DNA from: Phoronis australis
Lineage: Eukaryota; Animalia; Phoronida
Assembly: GCA_002633005.1 (NCBI GenBank)
Contig: NMRA01000374.1
Coordinates: 1-64,000 of the forward strand
Length of the DNA: 64,000 nt
Direction: 5' to 3'
The position numbers were made by a program, and so were the translations under genes. The notes beneath the pieces are model-generated. The model saw only the letters and a list, made by a program, of their open reading frames with translations, was not told where the DNA came from and did not search any database. Below, piece after piece: positions 50,101-61,213 of the stretch; position 1 is the first letter of the stretch; the number at the start of each line of letters is the position of its first letter.

Positions 50101-53100
50101 AATTAAATTCGAAAACACGTTACATTACGCGAACATTGCCATTCCTTCTTGGTAATGTTACTTAATTCACTTCGGGTCTTAAAGTGGTATAGAACGAGAA
50201 AAACAGACAAAATTTCTGTTAATGTCAGAACATTTTTTTCCTTTTTTCAAATTTCAAAAAAAACGATCTATCGACTGTTCGTCACTTTGTCGATTTTTCT
50301 CCCCATACTGCAAAGCACCTCTCCTTGCTTGGTGTGGAAAGACACAGGCGCAACACATTTCCCTTATATGGAAAATGTGTTCTTTGACCGTTGATGCACA
50401 CTAAACAATCATATGGCAATTTCGGTCCGACTTCATTGAACGCGTGCGCGCATAATGTATTACTAGGTACAGAAATTTTGAAAATTGTTGAGGGATGAAA
50501 TAGTTTTTATTTTGTCTGTGTTTCAAAAATAGTGAATCTTAATTTTTTTCTAGAAGTTAATGAATTGTTCAAAGTTTTCGCGATCCACGCCTCTTTAATT
50601 GCGTGAAGATACTACAAAAGTAGCAAACTAATCACGCTTGTGGATTTTACCTTTAGTAAATCGTTTGGAGCGAACCAGGTTGTGCCTGCATTTATTTCAG
50701 TGATAGCCAATATGCAGACCTGCTTCCCGTTCAGTAACGGTAGGACCTCTTCGCGAGATTACGTGAGATATTGTCATGTATTTCAAATGAGATCACGTGA
50801 CTTTGGCTAAATTTTAGCTCGATCCTAGCGTAGGTCCTAGCGTTACTGAACGCACGCCTTTCAAATAATTGTCCGGACACGGAGTTTAGGGTACACCGGT
50901 GTTAATGAAATAAAAGCAAAAGTTGAGACTTAAGCAGTCGCTAGGTCATCGTTTTCATTTCAACGGTTGAATGCGCGCGTTACGCTCACTCTAATCACAA
51001 TTAATCCAATAAAACATTTGCATCCGGGTACTTACAGGCCCAGTGCCAGTGCTGTCGCCGAGAGATTGTGGAGTTTACCGAAGTACTCAACTATATCCCA
51101 GTATTTCTCCATTAGTAGTAGACTGGTTGAACAGCGCTGCAGAATGCGAAGGTAAGCGTAAACGCATGCGCACACCCAGGGAGGGGGTTCGGGGGGCTCG
51201 AAAGAGCCTCCCCCCTTATTTGTCGAAGTGGGCAAAAAGGTCCGCCCCTGAGAGACAAAATGTCCGAGGAAATGGGACAAAAGTCCAGTAAATAAGCGCA
51301 AACGCGCAATCCACAGTGGTGCTCCCGTTTTTTTTCTTTTTTAGTCCGCCCGTTTTTTGTTAGCAAAAGGTCCATAACATCAGGAATTCGAGCCCCCCAT
51401 TTTGAAGGCTGGGTGCGCGCATGAACCGTTATCACGACGCCCTGGATGTTACGCCGTCTGATGGCTGAGTTAACCATGAACCCATCGGTATGGCATGTGG
51501 GAGCACAAGTACTCAGGCAAGCTATGCCATTCATTGCAAAAAGTTCCCGGCGTGTCTAATATGAGAATTTGAAGAAACAACACGGCGATTTGTCAGGTGG
51601 ACCGAAAACCATAGAAGACGACTCGAAGAAACACTTTAACTTTTGTTTAAAGCGCGTTTCATCCACGCACAAACACTGAAATGTTCCGCTATGCCACCCA
51701 TTAAGATAAAGTACCTCCTGGAAGAGCTAGGTGGTGATGATAATTGGGATAAAATTGAGTTTCAAGATTTTATAAAGTTTCATCTTTATTACCAGTGCTC
51801 GACGTTTCACAACTTCCAGTGAGCTGAGTTTCCAAGAGAATGAATACACAAAACATGCAAAACATATTTCTGGAAATTTCAGAGACTATATGAATAGCTG
51901 GATGTCATAGGATGACGACATTCTCAAGCTTCAAAATTTTAGAAGACAAACCGCAACTCAATAGCATGTCGTCATCCTGTAACATCCAGATATTCAGTTG
52001 TCTCTGAAATTTTCCCGCCATATGTTTTGCATGTTGTGTGTATTCATTTTCCTGATAACGCAGTTCAGTGGAAGTTGTGAAACGTCGAGCAATTGTAATA
52101 AAGCTGGAATTTTATAAAATCTTGATCGTCATTTATATCCTCATGTAATGGCCAAAAACTAACATAATGAGATAATAGTCACCAAAACAACGTAAATCGG
52201 TTTTTTATTACTTTCCGATAAGTCATCCATTGGTCGACATTAAGGGAAGACGTGTCAGTCGAAACTTTCTTTAAAGCCTATCTTAAACAGTAACACCAGT
52301 AAACAGTAAATTTGGTTCCTACAGCATGTTGAAATCATCGCTCTGATTCCACTAGTGCCATAAATTGTCAAATGTAACGAACTGTTAGGCATATTTGCTT
52401 GCTTTTGCCTACGTCACCGTGAGAATCACCTATTAATTCAAACAGCTGAGAATAACACCCGCACGCAATGGTGTCCTACTCAGGCCCCATTCAATACAAC
52501 TGTTATCGGTCTTTTGTTGTTTTGCCTGGGATTTCGCAGTGACGCAATATGACACGAAAAGCCAGCATCACCTATTATATGGCGGTCTTACATGTGCGTG
52601 ACTGAATTCGCGTTTTTTTTTTATTTAGCTCAGGCTTTGCTAAGACTACCAGGTTAGCCCAATACATCTATAACAAAATTCCATTGAAGTAAGGCTTTAA
52701 CTGTTGCTTGCCACATGAATGTGGTTGGTAGTATCTGATTCATTTTCCTTTCCTTTGTTTTTATTTAGCTATTTTACCGCAATTTTATGCATCCATTGAC
52801 ATATATAANCACGCAATGGTGTCCTACTCAGACCCCTATTCATTACAACTGTTATCGGTCTTTTGTTGTTTTGCCTGGGATTTCGCGGTGACGCAATATG
52901 ACACGAAAAGCCAGCATCACCTATTATATGGCGGTCTTACATGTGCGTGACTGAATTCGCGTTTTTTTTTTATTTAGCTCAGGCTTTGCTAAGACTACCA
53001 GGTTAGCCCAATACATCTATAACAAAATTCCATTGAAGTAAGGCTTTAACTGTTGCTTGCCACATGAATGTGGTTGGTAGTATCTGATTCATTTTCCTTT

Positions 53101-55212
53101 CCTTTGTTTTTATTTAGCTATTTTACCGCAATTTTATGCATCCATTGACATATATAAATGATTTCATTAAAAACTGTTCAAATTCTTCATTTCAATAAAA
53201 AGTGTTACTTTTAAAAATGTTGACACTGTTTCAAGGAACTGTGTATTTTTTTGTTTATTTTTTCTACCATTTATTGGGAATTTACCACTGGACAATACAA
53301 TATATCATGGTTGCAAAAACATCAAACAAAACGAACATCAGTCACACCCTTACACCCACAGTCAAACATCAGTTTACAAACAAGGTTTCAAATTTTCCCC
53401 ATTTTTGTTGAAGTTTGACATACTTGAGTTTTTACAGACTATATATTTTTCAATAGTCAGTGACAAAATGTAAAAAGGCGTCCACACACACAAATTTAAG
53501 CCTTAATATTTAGAATTAAAGGTAAGGTGTTTTCCCAAAAGTAATAACATGTCAGGCAACAATTTTAGTTTGTTTCCAATACCAAAGATTACTATTATGT
53601 AGGCAAGAATGTCAACGTGGGAACCAGCACACTTATCAATAACCTGGCAGTTAAAATGAATCCAGAAATTTTTAACCTAGGCACACGCCTAAAAAGGTGT
53701 TTCAGTGGCTCGACAGACTCTTTACAAAAAGAGCAGGTATCGTCTTCCTTAACGTTTATAGTTTTCAAAAATGAGTTTGCAAACAAAAGTCTATTTAACA
53801 ATCTAAACTTAAAACCGTATGGATCTTTCGTCACCTATTGAGGAAGAGAATACACGTCTTCCCAATTAAAATTACCATCTAAACCCAATTCAACTAACCA
53901 TTTCAATTCAGCTTTGAGTTTTGTTGAGCAAAATTTGGCCACATCTTCCTCTTCTGCTCCGAAGTTTATTTACGAAAGTGGGAAATACAGGTAAATATAT
54001 GTCAACATTAAAATAAATATAACTTGATATTTGTGTAGTATTTAACACATACTGTTATATTCCATACAATTCGCTTTAGTACTTACATCATTTATCACAT
54101 AAACATGCTGTAGTATTTCGCCATTTGAAGAGTACAAGTCTTAAATAAACATATTCCCCTTTTCAAACCATCATACCAAGAAGGCTGGCTAAGAAAATCT
54201 GTTTGATTTGTTATTTTTACTTGCCTATAAAGAAGATGAGAGTTTCAAAAAAGTTGTAAGTATTTGGTTGGTTACGTTTTTAAATTTCCACCAAATTTAG
54301 CAAAACCTTGAATCTCAGGATATATCGAATATACCAAATGGTATGGTTTTGAAACACTAGCCATATATTTTGTTGCCAAATTGAATTTAATAGTCTTACA
54401 TAAATTACAAAATATTGATCATTTTGATACCACTGCCACCTACTCCTTGTAATACTTGATACATATATTTAGACATTTTGAATTTTACTTGTATAAGATT
54501 TAAGAAATGGTTTAATTTTACATTCTTTGCATCTTGCAAGCATCACTGTTTCTGAAAGTTTCGTATGAATCTATTCTGAGATACATGATTTCAAAGGTGG
54601 TATTTCTTATATCTTTGTAATCGCAAATAGATATTCCTTTATTTTCTCACATTCCAAATTGTCAACATGGCGTTTAGTTTATCAAGCATGTCTGGTTGGT
54701 CAGTTTCCTTGACCAGGGTCAGTTACTAAGATGGCTGGTTCTTTGAAATTTTTTGTGCGCTAAGTAAGCTTTACCATTTGTAATCTTCAGTTTATAGTGT
54801 GGTTTTAGTTGAGGGCGTAGGATGTTATTTCAGTAATGTTGCTGACTCATCGTTTTATAGGTGTTGACAATGGGTTACTTTCCTCCGATCGACAAGAAAG
54901 GGAGTGCACTTTTTAAAACCAAGTGCGTATGGAGTAGTGCCTCTTAAAACTGACTGCGCAGTGTCTCGTAAATTGTCAATTAAAGCGACAGCATGGATGA
55001 CTATGAAATGTATTGAAAACCATTGTAATAGAACTAACATTTGTCATTTCAGTCGAGGAATAAACGCCGGGTCGAACCTAGGGCCTGGACCGTCCTGCCT
55101 TGGCAAGATGCCTGTTGAAACGTTTGACAATAAGCAAAGACTTGAAACAGAGCTAGAACCAGCCATGAAGAATGACCTCTCCTCTATAGAAGAAAGCGAA
55201 TTGTTCCGTTAA
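28921..55212 (+). CDS. Beta-hexosaminidase (GH20, HEXA/HEXB-like), 13 coding exons: 28921-29113, 32396-32704, 34452-34558, 35540-35650, 35857-35958, 38076-38181, 39474-39666, 40357-40440, 42363-42438, 46490-46670, 49698-49800, 51038-51151, 55053-55212
   Basis: The exons join in frame (1839 nt). Motifs: [133 protein letters not shown]. Linkage of exon 1 is inferred from phase and position. Confidence 0.93.
29384..29642 (-). repeat. Internally deleted copy of the 8314-9130 family retaining both termini
   Basis: Starts tagccttgctataaagctgtata and ends catacagctagctggttgacta. It is the reverse complement of 8670-8870 fused to 8314-8373. Confidence 0.8.
32842..34180 (-). mobile_element. 5'-truncated LINE (CR1/L2-like) in hexosaminidase intron 2, antisense
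   Basis: Minus-strand 325-aa ORF ([51 protein letters not shown]). AATAAA plus an A9 tail on the minus strand at 32842-32860. Confidence 0.88.
36428..36520. mobile_element. Shortened copy of the CGTTCAGTAACG MITE
   Basis: gttcagtaacgctagtacc ... ggttctaacggttactgaac. Confidence 0.65.
39474..39666 (+). CDS. Hexosaminidase catalytic exon (HFGGDE)
   Basis: [51 protein letters not shown], with tag and GTAAGA splice sites. Confidence 0.95.
41305..41384 (-). mobile_element. Degenerate tRNA-like SINE head
   Basis: Minus strand has an A-box-like tggccgggtgg and a B-box-like gttcgattcc. No convincing cloverleaf. Confidence 0.4.
43558..43620. repeat. (CA)n(TA)n microsatellite
   Basis: Direct reading. 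Confidence 0.97.
43621..44087 (+). mobile_element. Penelope-like element fragment (pLTR-like region and start of the ORF)
   Basis: [49 protein letters not shown] resembles Penelope N-termini. A degenerate hammerhead-like ttgatgac..gtcgaag lies at 43825-43848. Confidence 0.55.
44088..44189. repeat. (GT)n microsatellite
   Basis: Direct reading. Confidence 0.97.
47229..47700 (-). mobile_element. LINE 3' fragment (CR1/L2-like)
   Basis: Minus strand reads [24 protein letters not shown], then a 3' UTR with AATAAA and a (TTG/TTA)n tail. Confidence 0.6.
47719..49208. mobile_element. 1.5-kb foldback element with ~500-bp imperfect inverted arms, TTAA-flanked (Kolobok-like)
   Basis: TTAA|AGTCC ... 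GGACT|TTAA. Arm match example: gccattttgaacttaccgcgaagccggaagtacaatt (47882) versus aattgtacttccggttttgcggttagttcaaaatggc (49019). Confidence 0.8.
50183..50594. mobile_element. TTAA-flanked MITE (Kolobok-like termini)
   Basis: TTAA|AGTGGTATAGAACGAGAAAA ... TTTTCGCGATCCACGCCTCT|TTAA (imperfect TIR). Confidence 0.55.
50728..50855. mobile_element. Copy of the CGTTCAGTAACG MITE
   Basis: cgttcagtaacggtaggacc ... ggtcctagcgttactgaacg. Interior matches 19190-19295. Confidence 0.8.
51165..51423. mobile_element. GC-rich MITE (hAT-like by inference)
   Basis: TIR catgcgcacacccag ... ctgggtgcgcgcatg. Inserted 13 bp into hexosaminidase intron 12. Confidence 0.7.
51762..52125. mobile_element. Palindromic MITE/foldback with ~160-bp arms and a ~40-bp spacer
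   Basis: tcaagattttataaa..gctcgacgtttcacaacttcca..ggatgacgacat versus atgtcgtcatcc..tggaagttgtgaaacgtcgagc..tttataaaatcttga. Confidence 0.85.
52462..53157 (+). repeat. About 347-bp direct duplication flanking a single N at 52809; probable assembly artefact
   Basis: 52462-52808 is nearly identical to 52810-53157. Confidence 0.85.
53230..54700 (-). mobile_element. Highly degenerate LINE 3' portion (L1/Tx1-like)
   Basis: Minus strand [41 protein letters not shown] is a zf-RVT-type C-terminal motif. Boundaries are approximate. Confidence 0.7.
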
Positions 55213-55852
55213 ACTCAGGATGCACCAGAAATTCAAGCCAAACATTTGCCAAAGTTGCAACGCCGACCCTGATGACATTCATGGGGAAAATGGTCAAACC
55301 GGGCGACGACTTGGAAGGTTATGTGCACAGAGGCCATATGCTTCCCCCCAACAGCTAAAATGCGCCTAGATGCGAGTAACGTATTAGCGTGCGTGAAGGA
55401 CCAATACCCTTCGCCTTGGTTTTCCATTGTCTATGAGTGGTTGTGGAGAGGCTCTTTGACAATTTCGAACTTTTAAAAGAAATTTTCACAATGGGGAGGC
55501 AAAATAAGCATTCTATTTGAACGACGTCATTGTTCAGGTTTTGTATTCTATTCTCATTAAAATTAAAATCACTGAAGCTAATTGATTTCTCATTTAACAA
55601 TTCTGTGTTGAAAGCTAAAGCAAACAGGTTGTAGATACGCGTTTAGGTAACTGTCAATCAAAATCGTACTTGAAGACCAAAATCGCTCGTTTTGGTCGTA
55701 GTTGGTATGTTCGACCGTTTCTGAAACCGTTTCCACAGAGGCGAATTTGAGGTGAAGTTTCCTAGCACCATGAGTTTCATATGACATCAACATTTGTGTT
55801 ATAGTAAAGCGTTCCCTAGATGGATTTTTAGATTGTGCATAATAATTTTATA

Positions 55853-57465
55853 ACACAAAATCAGACTGACCAAGCACTTATTTTGGAAAATGGTTGAGGA
55901 ATTTCAAATTTTAAAGGAAATTTGATGATTTTTTTGGTTTCCCGCCACGTAATGTCGTCAGTCTGCGACCAATTGACAGTTTACATGCAATGGCTGATAG
56001 TAGTGATTTTGTTAGTTACGACTTAGAAAGCGAACTTCGCTATCATTATGATGAAAGATATGGAGATTGGTGTGAAGACAACACTAGGGCTACAGGTGAA
56101 ACAGGTGATCTCAGTTAGATCTCGCCATATCGGCAGACTTTGCCTGTTTGAGGCCGTACGAACTCAACCCTCCTGCACCGGCTTCTTCGGCGAATGAAGC
56201 CGGGTCGGAGCCGCCTACTCAGTCTGCGGAAAGTCCTGGGGCCTGTTCCAACAACACTGACTTAGCTAAGACAAATCCTAAATTTTAGTAAATTTTAAAA
56301 GGCAGAATATTGACTACACCCACCAGCCTCAATGGGCTTACTCGGTCACCTAATAATAATAATTAAACCATTAAATAACATATTGCACACGCTCAAATAT
56401 GACCACTTCAGACTAGTTTAGAAATAAATAATTACTTCTAACCTGCAAAACGTATTGTGTGAATTTCGCCAGGCCTTTCAAGTTATTTTGGAGGTAGGGC
56501 AGAATCCCGTATAAAAATGGTCGAATATTAGTATATATTTCACAATCAAAGATGAAATGAACTTCGTCTCCAATTCCGTTTTTACAAACACGACAAATCC
56601 GTTCATTCACAGGAATTCCGAAGTACCGCCCCACCTTAACATCTAATGGTAGAATATCTGCTCTCAATCGAGCTATGACGGACCTCTGAGACACCGGCAG
56701 ACGTAAATACTCTTCTACACAATAGTCATTCTTAACAGATCTATATAAGCACAGTTTTGGTTTCTCAGTGATTATTTTTAACAAGTTTAAATCTTCTAAC
56801 TGAAACATAAAATTTAATGTTTTATAGTTTTCGAGAGACACAATTTTCTTGTTCCTGAAATTTTCTAAAAAATTGCATTTTTCCATAATTTTAAATATTG
56901 AACTTGACCAATTGCAGGATTTGCGATGCTTCATCCACTACTCGATATGTGCCTTACAACTACGTTTCAAGCGATGGTACAACACAACACTCTCTTTCTC
57001 CATAAAATTCACTTACACGTTGAAGAGGCCTTCAGCAAACCTCTGTTTCCGCGACAGATCGAACAGCGTGCCTCTTGAACTGACCGCTTGCTCTGTGTAC
57101 TGCCATACCCGTGTCCGACACACAAACCTGAGCCATTTCTTGGCCATCTTGGGGCCTTTTGGAAACGCAAAAACTGAAAATTGTCTTCTCGATTGCTGCT
57201 ACTACATCCTCCGCACATTATAACTTCTGGTAATACTCAGTCGAACTCAGTTTGCGAGACCACCACGGCTCGCAGCTGGTGTAAAACAACAAAAATACCA
57301 GAGGCCGGATCCACTAATGTCGTCAAACAATTTTTTAAAAAGCTTTATACTTACGTGTATTTCTTGATTAAAAGTACACAAAGTGAAGAGGACATACTCA
57401 AAACATAATATCAGATTGTTGGTAACTGAATTCAATCATTTATGACCATGTTGTGAGGGGGTTAA
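55853..57465. mobile_element. Copy B of the acidic-ORF/THAP element, interrupted by a LINE fragment
   Basis: Plus strand MADSSDFVSYDLESELRYHYDE at 55990. Minus strand CGGCSSSNREDN(fs)SVFAFPKGPKMAKKWLRFVCRT at 57110-57218. Colinear with 15590-16170. Ends in gtgagggggTTAA. Confidence 0.72.
56300..56935 (-). mobile_element. LINE 3' fragment (same C-terminal type as the LINE at 84-3804)
   Basis: KPKLCLYRSVK..EEYL..RSVIARLR..LPLDVKVGRY..ERICRVCKNGIGDEVHFIFDCEIY. Confidence 0.88.
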
Positions 57466-57726
57466 AAGCTCAAGTTTCCAAAATCAAATCACTTTTTACT
57501 CACCTAAAAGCAATGTCGTGCAAAGGACATGTTTTATGCTACATCCGTTATACGCGCGTAATTTTAAAAGAATTTGAAATTGACAGATACGAAGGAACGA
57601 GAGTTTGATACGGAATTTCGCCGAGTGCGTTTCATAAGCAATAAGGACGGTTCTCCAGTACAACCATATCCCAAGCACCATGCACTTCCGAGCCTGTATA
57701 TACTTACTAGCACAGACACAGAGAGC

Positions 57727-57888
57727 GGGGGCGGCCGGGACCCAGGATTTTCAAAAGGTGGAGTCGCATCAAGGATTTTTTGAAAAGGGAGGCTCCAAGT
57801 CAACACCTTGAAAATACTAGATTTGATATCACTAAAATCAAATGAAAATGGGGGTCCGGACCACCTTGGCCCCTTGGATCCGCCTATG
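57727..57888. mobile_element. Degenerate GGCGGATCC-type MITE
   Basis: ggggcgg..cccaggattttcaaaagg ... ggggtccggacc..cccttggatccgcctatg. Confidence 0.5.
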
Positions 57889-58729
57889 GAGAGGAGTGTG
57901 TGCCTATGCTAACTACCAAGAGAATAATCCTTAAAAAGTAGCAAGTTCACACGCACTAACGCAGGTTTGTATGCGTCACTGTTAAAATGTTGTTTTCAAA
58001 TACATATAAAGTTCACTAAACACATTCACCGGTTTGCTATGCTGAAATGTTCTTCGTATCGCTTCGTACTGCTTTAGTAATTCTGAAAGTATCACGATTC
58101 TTTTTGTGTCTTGGAATTTTTTCCTTTTTGTTGTATCAAGTAGAGCGTTAAATATTAGCTAAAAACTGGAATTTTGATGTATTCGAATAACATTCGTTAA
58201 CATTGTAGCATTGAATGTCAAGACGGGAGAGAAATGCAAAGCCAACGGTCTGTCTATTAGGGCAAGTTGGGCATTTCAGGAAATGTTCCAAACATACGGC
58301 AGTCCAGTGCTCCGTCTGGTGGCAAATTCTTGTTCTAGAAAGGTTACACTCTCAATGTACTCTTCGCCTCTTTTTCTAACATCCATTCAGCTTCTGGGAA
58401 ACCTCAAGTATTTTCGTAGCTCTCCTCAGAGACGAACGTTGTCGGGTCATGTGCTGACTTCAGTCATAGTTCAAGTCATGTGACTTTCAAACTGGAGAAT
58501 ATATCACTGTTTGGCGGCTAAACATGCCACACGTTCGGATGACATTTATTTAAGAAGGAAAATTTGAGGCTACTAAAATGCCTGAGGTGTCTCTAATGAT
58601 ACTCACGAGATTAATAGCCTAATTGTTTTTTTTTTTCACGTCAACTTTAAAAAATAATTGCAGGCCGTCTGATACACGTTGTACCAGACGTGCGCAGGCC
58701 GCGCATGTGGACCATTGCACTGATCACCT

Positions 58730-58884
58730 GGAACCATTTTTATGGTTCATAGATACATGGTTAAAACCGAGCTGAGGAGCTAAAAACCTGACTCAAGGGT
58801 TTAGCAGTGTGACCCAGTGGGACTCGAACCCACGACCTCGAGTAAAGAAAGCGGGCACCTATTACACTAGGTCACACTGTCTCC
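58730..58884 (-). mobile_element. tRNA-derived SINE (head plus short body)
   Basis: Minus strand ggagacagtgtgacctagtgtaa...gaggtcgtgGGTTCGAGTCCCactgggtcac has pol III A and B boxes but no proper acceptor stem. Confidence 0.65.
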
Positions 58885-60117
58885 TACACGTCGGTTTTGA
58901 TCAGCACTACACATCGACCACGTCGGCGAGTTTCAACAACAAAATTATGAGGTCGTTGATTCGATTTCCGTTAATATTCGGTGGAACACTTTGTTAGAAG
59001 TCGGCTCTCATAAACACATAACGGATCTCCATTTCCTCTTTTCGATAGTCAAAATACACTTCATAATAATTAAAGTTACGGACATATAGCCGCTACTGTG
59101 GGTAAGAAGGATTTTTGAGCTGGGTGCTTCCACCGAACTTCCCTCAAAAACATTTTGCTATTTTGTAATCGTGTTCAAAGCTTATACACCTTATTCAGTT
59201 GCCATTTTAGCGGTGAGCCTCCTTTAGGTTTAAAAAAACAATGCATTTGAGACATAAATATAACGAGGCATGCGAAAAAAAAACGCTTAGTGCTGTGATT
59301 AAGCACAGAATGTATTTTTTTTGAAGCATAAAAAAGAGGTTCACTTTTAAAATGGCGACTGTTTAAAAAGGTGTATTAATTTAACAAGTCAATCCCACCC
59401 AAAAATAACCTCCAAAATGCATTTTTTCGTCAGTAAAGGCGGTTTTGTCCTTTTAAACAACGAGTGGAAAGTGGGCTGCTTTAGAGATCCGATATAGGTT
59501 AACGACTTTCTTGAGCAATTTTGGATTTGTTGTGAACATTACCCAAGCATTCAAAAAATATCGCAATGGTCGTTAATTTATTCCATCAAGAATTTTATTG
59601 ATGGCTTCACTTTAATACGTGTTCTTTATACTGCTGTGAAACTAATAGCACTTCTTGTAACACTGCCCATTTGGTTTGATAATGACATCACCGCAATGCC
59701 TCAGGATATAATGCACTATTTGCTTTTATTTGTTTTCATCGATTTTTATGAATAGACTTCCACGCAATACCAACATTATCCAAGGGTAGGCTCATATACA
59801 GAGTAAGATCGTTACATTATACCCTGTCTATTCACTCGAATAAACATATATACAACTGAAAATATGCTAAGAATCTAAATATATCGTCTTTCAACTTCGA
59901 TCACCAAATAATGAACTATGTGATGAAGAAACCGGGCGGTTCTTGACGAAATACCAGTCGCTTGACGCAGACGACCTCCGTGACCCCCCGGAGACGGCCG
60001 GGTTTCGTCTGCGTTCTCCATTCCGCGTAATCAGTTCACGGAGATGTAGGGAAGTGATAGGACGTCTAATGATTCAGTAGTACTTTATATGTGATTTTAT
60101 ACAAAGAACTTGGCAAA

Positions 60118-60577
60118 ATGAAGGCGAGTATTTTTACTGGAATATTTCTTGTGTTGTGCCACATTAGATATGGATTGACGTCCACATGTGAGCCGGTAAG
60201 GATACCAATGTGTCAATCAATGGCATGGAACATGACTCGTATGCCAAACTTACTGCATCATAGCACACAAGACAATGCTAAACTAGCCATAGAACAAACA
60301 GAGGTTCTCGTCAAAACCGGATGCAGTAAGGACCTGCTTTTTTTCCTGTGCGCCATGTTTGCGCCCATCTGCACGGCGGAGTTCCATCAGGACGGCCAGT
60401 CAGACGGTGCAATAAAACCCTGTAAAGCCGTCTGTGAACGAGCGAGGGCCGGCTGTGAACATCACGTAATTAAAGCCAAGAGGATATGGCCCGACAATCT
60501 CTCATGTGATCACTTACCGTCCTATGACAAAGGAGTGTGCATATCCCCCGAAGCAATCGTCTCGACCCTCCCCGAAG
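60118..60577 (+). CDS. FRZB: Secreted frizzled-related protein 3/4 (FRZB-like), coding exon 1: signal peptide plus Frizzled CRD; no downstream exon recognised in the window
   Basis: [96 protein letters not shown] matches sFRP3/4 with all 10 CRD cysteines. Donor G|GTAAAT. Confidence 0.92.
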
Positions 60578-61213
60578 GTAAATACTATACGTTATCCCCG
60601 TTACAGCAGAGATTCTGTGTGTGACTAGAATAATTGTGCTCTCGTTTTAACAAATTCCATTTACGTCTGCATTTGTCGACTAATTCCTTGATTGAGTTAC
60701 GCACGCGGTAGCTATTTATAATCTGATGAGAATATAGGAGAGACTTCTGATATTTCTGTAACTCAATCCAATGGTTGGAAATTGACATTAAGGTACAATT
60801 TGGAAGTCTTCCGGCCAAAATAAACAACTTGACTTGCAAACGAACTTTCATAAAAACAATATGCAATGTACATGTATCTTTGCATTTTGTATTTGCTTAA
60901 GATTTACACAGAAGTAGCTTATAATTAACAGTTATTAGGTATACATGGACTAGACATAAAGAAAAATAGACCTCGCATTACAGGTAAGCGGTTGTGTGTA
61001 GAAGAACTTAACAGGCACATGTTTACATGTAAGAGCAAATCTTTAATTTAACCAAGGGTAACTGTAAGTCGCTATCTTATCTGTTCGGCGACACAAGAAC
61101 TATGATATTTTGCTTTAATGCGAAATGGTCACATGAGTATCTTCCAAATATCGTGAATGTAGATATGTTATTGCCCAGACAAATCCTTCTGTTGGGGGCA
61201 TAGACCGCCATAA

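Noticed and set aside
58807-58884. Possible tRNA gene on the minus strand
   Set aside because: A and B boxes are present, but the acceptor and anticodon stems do not pair. It is better explained as a SINE head.
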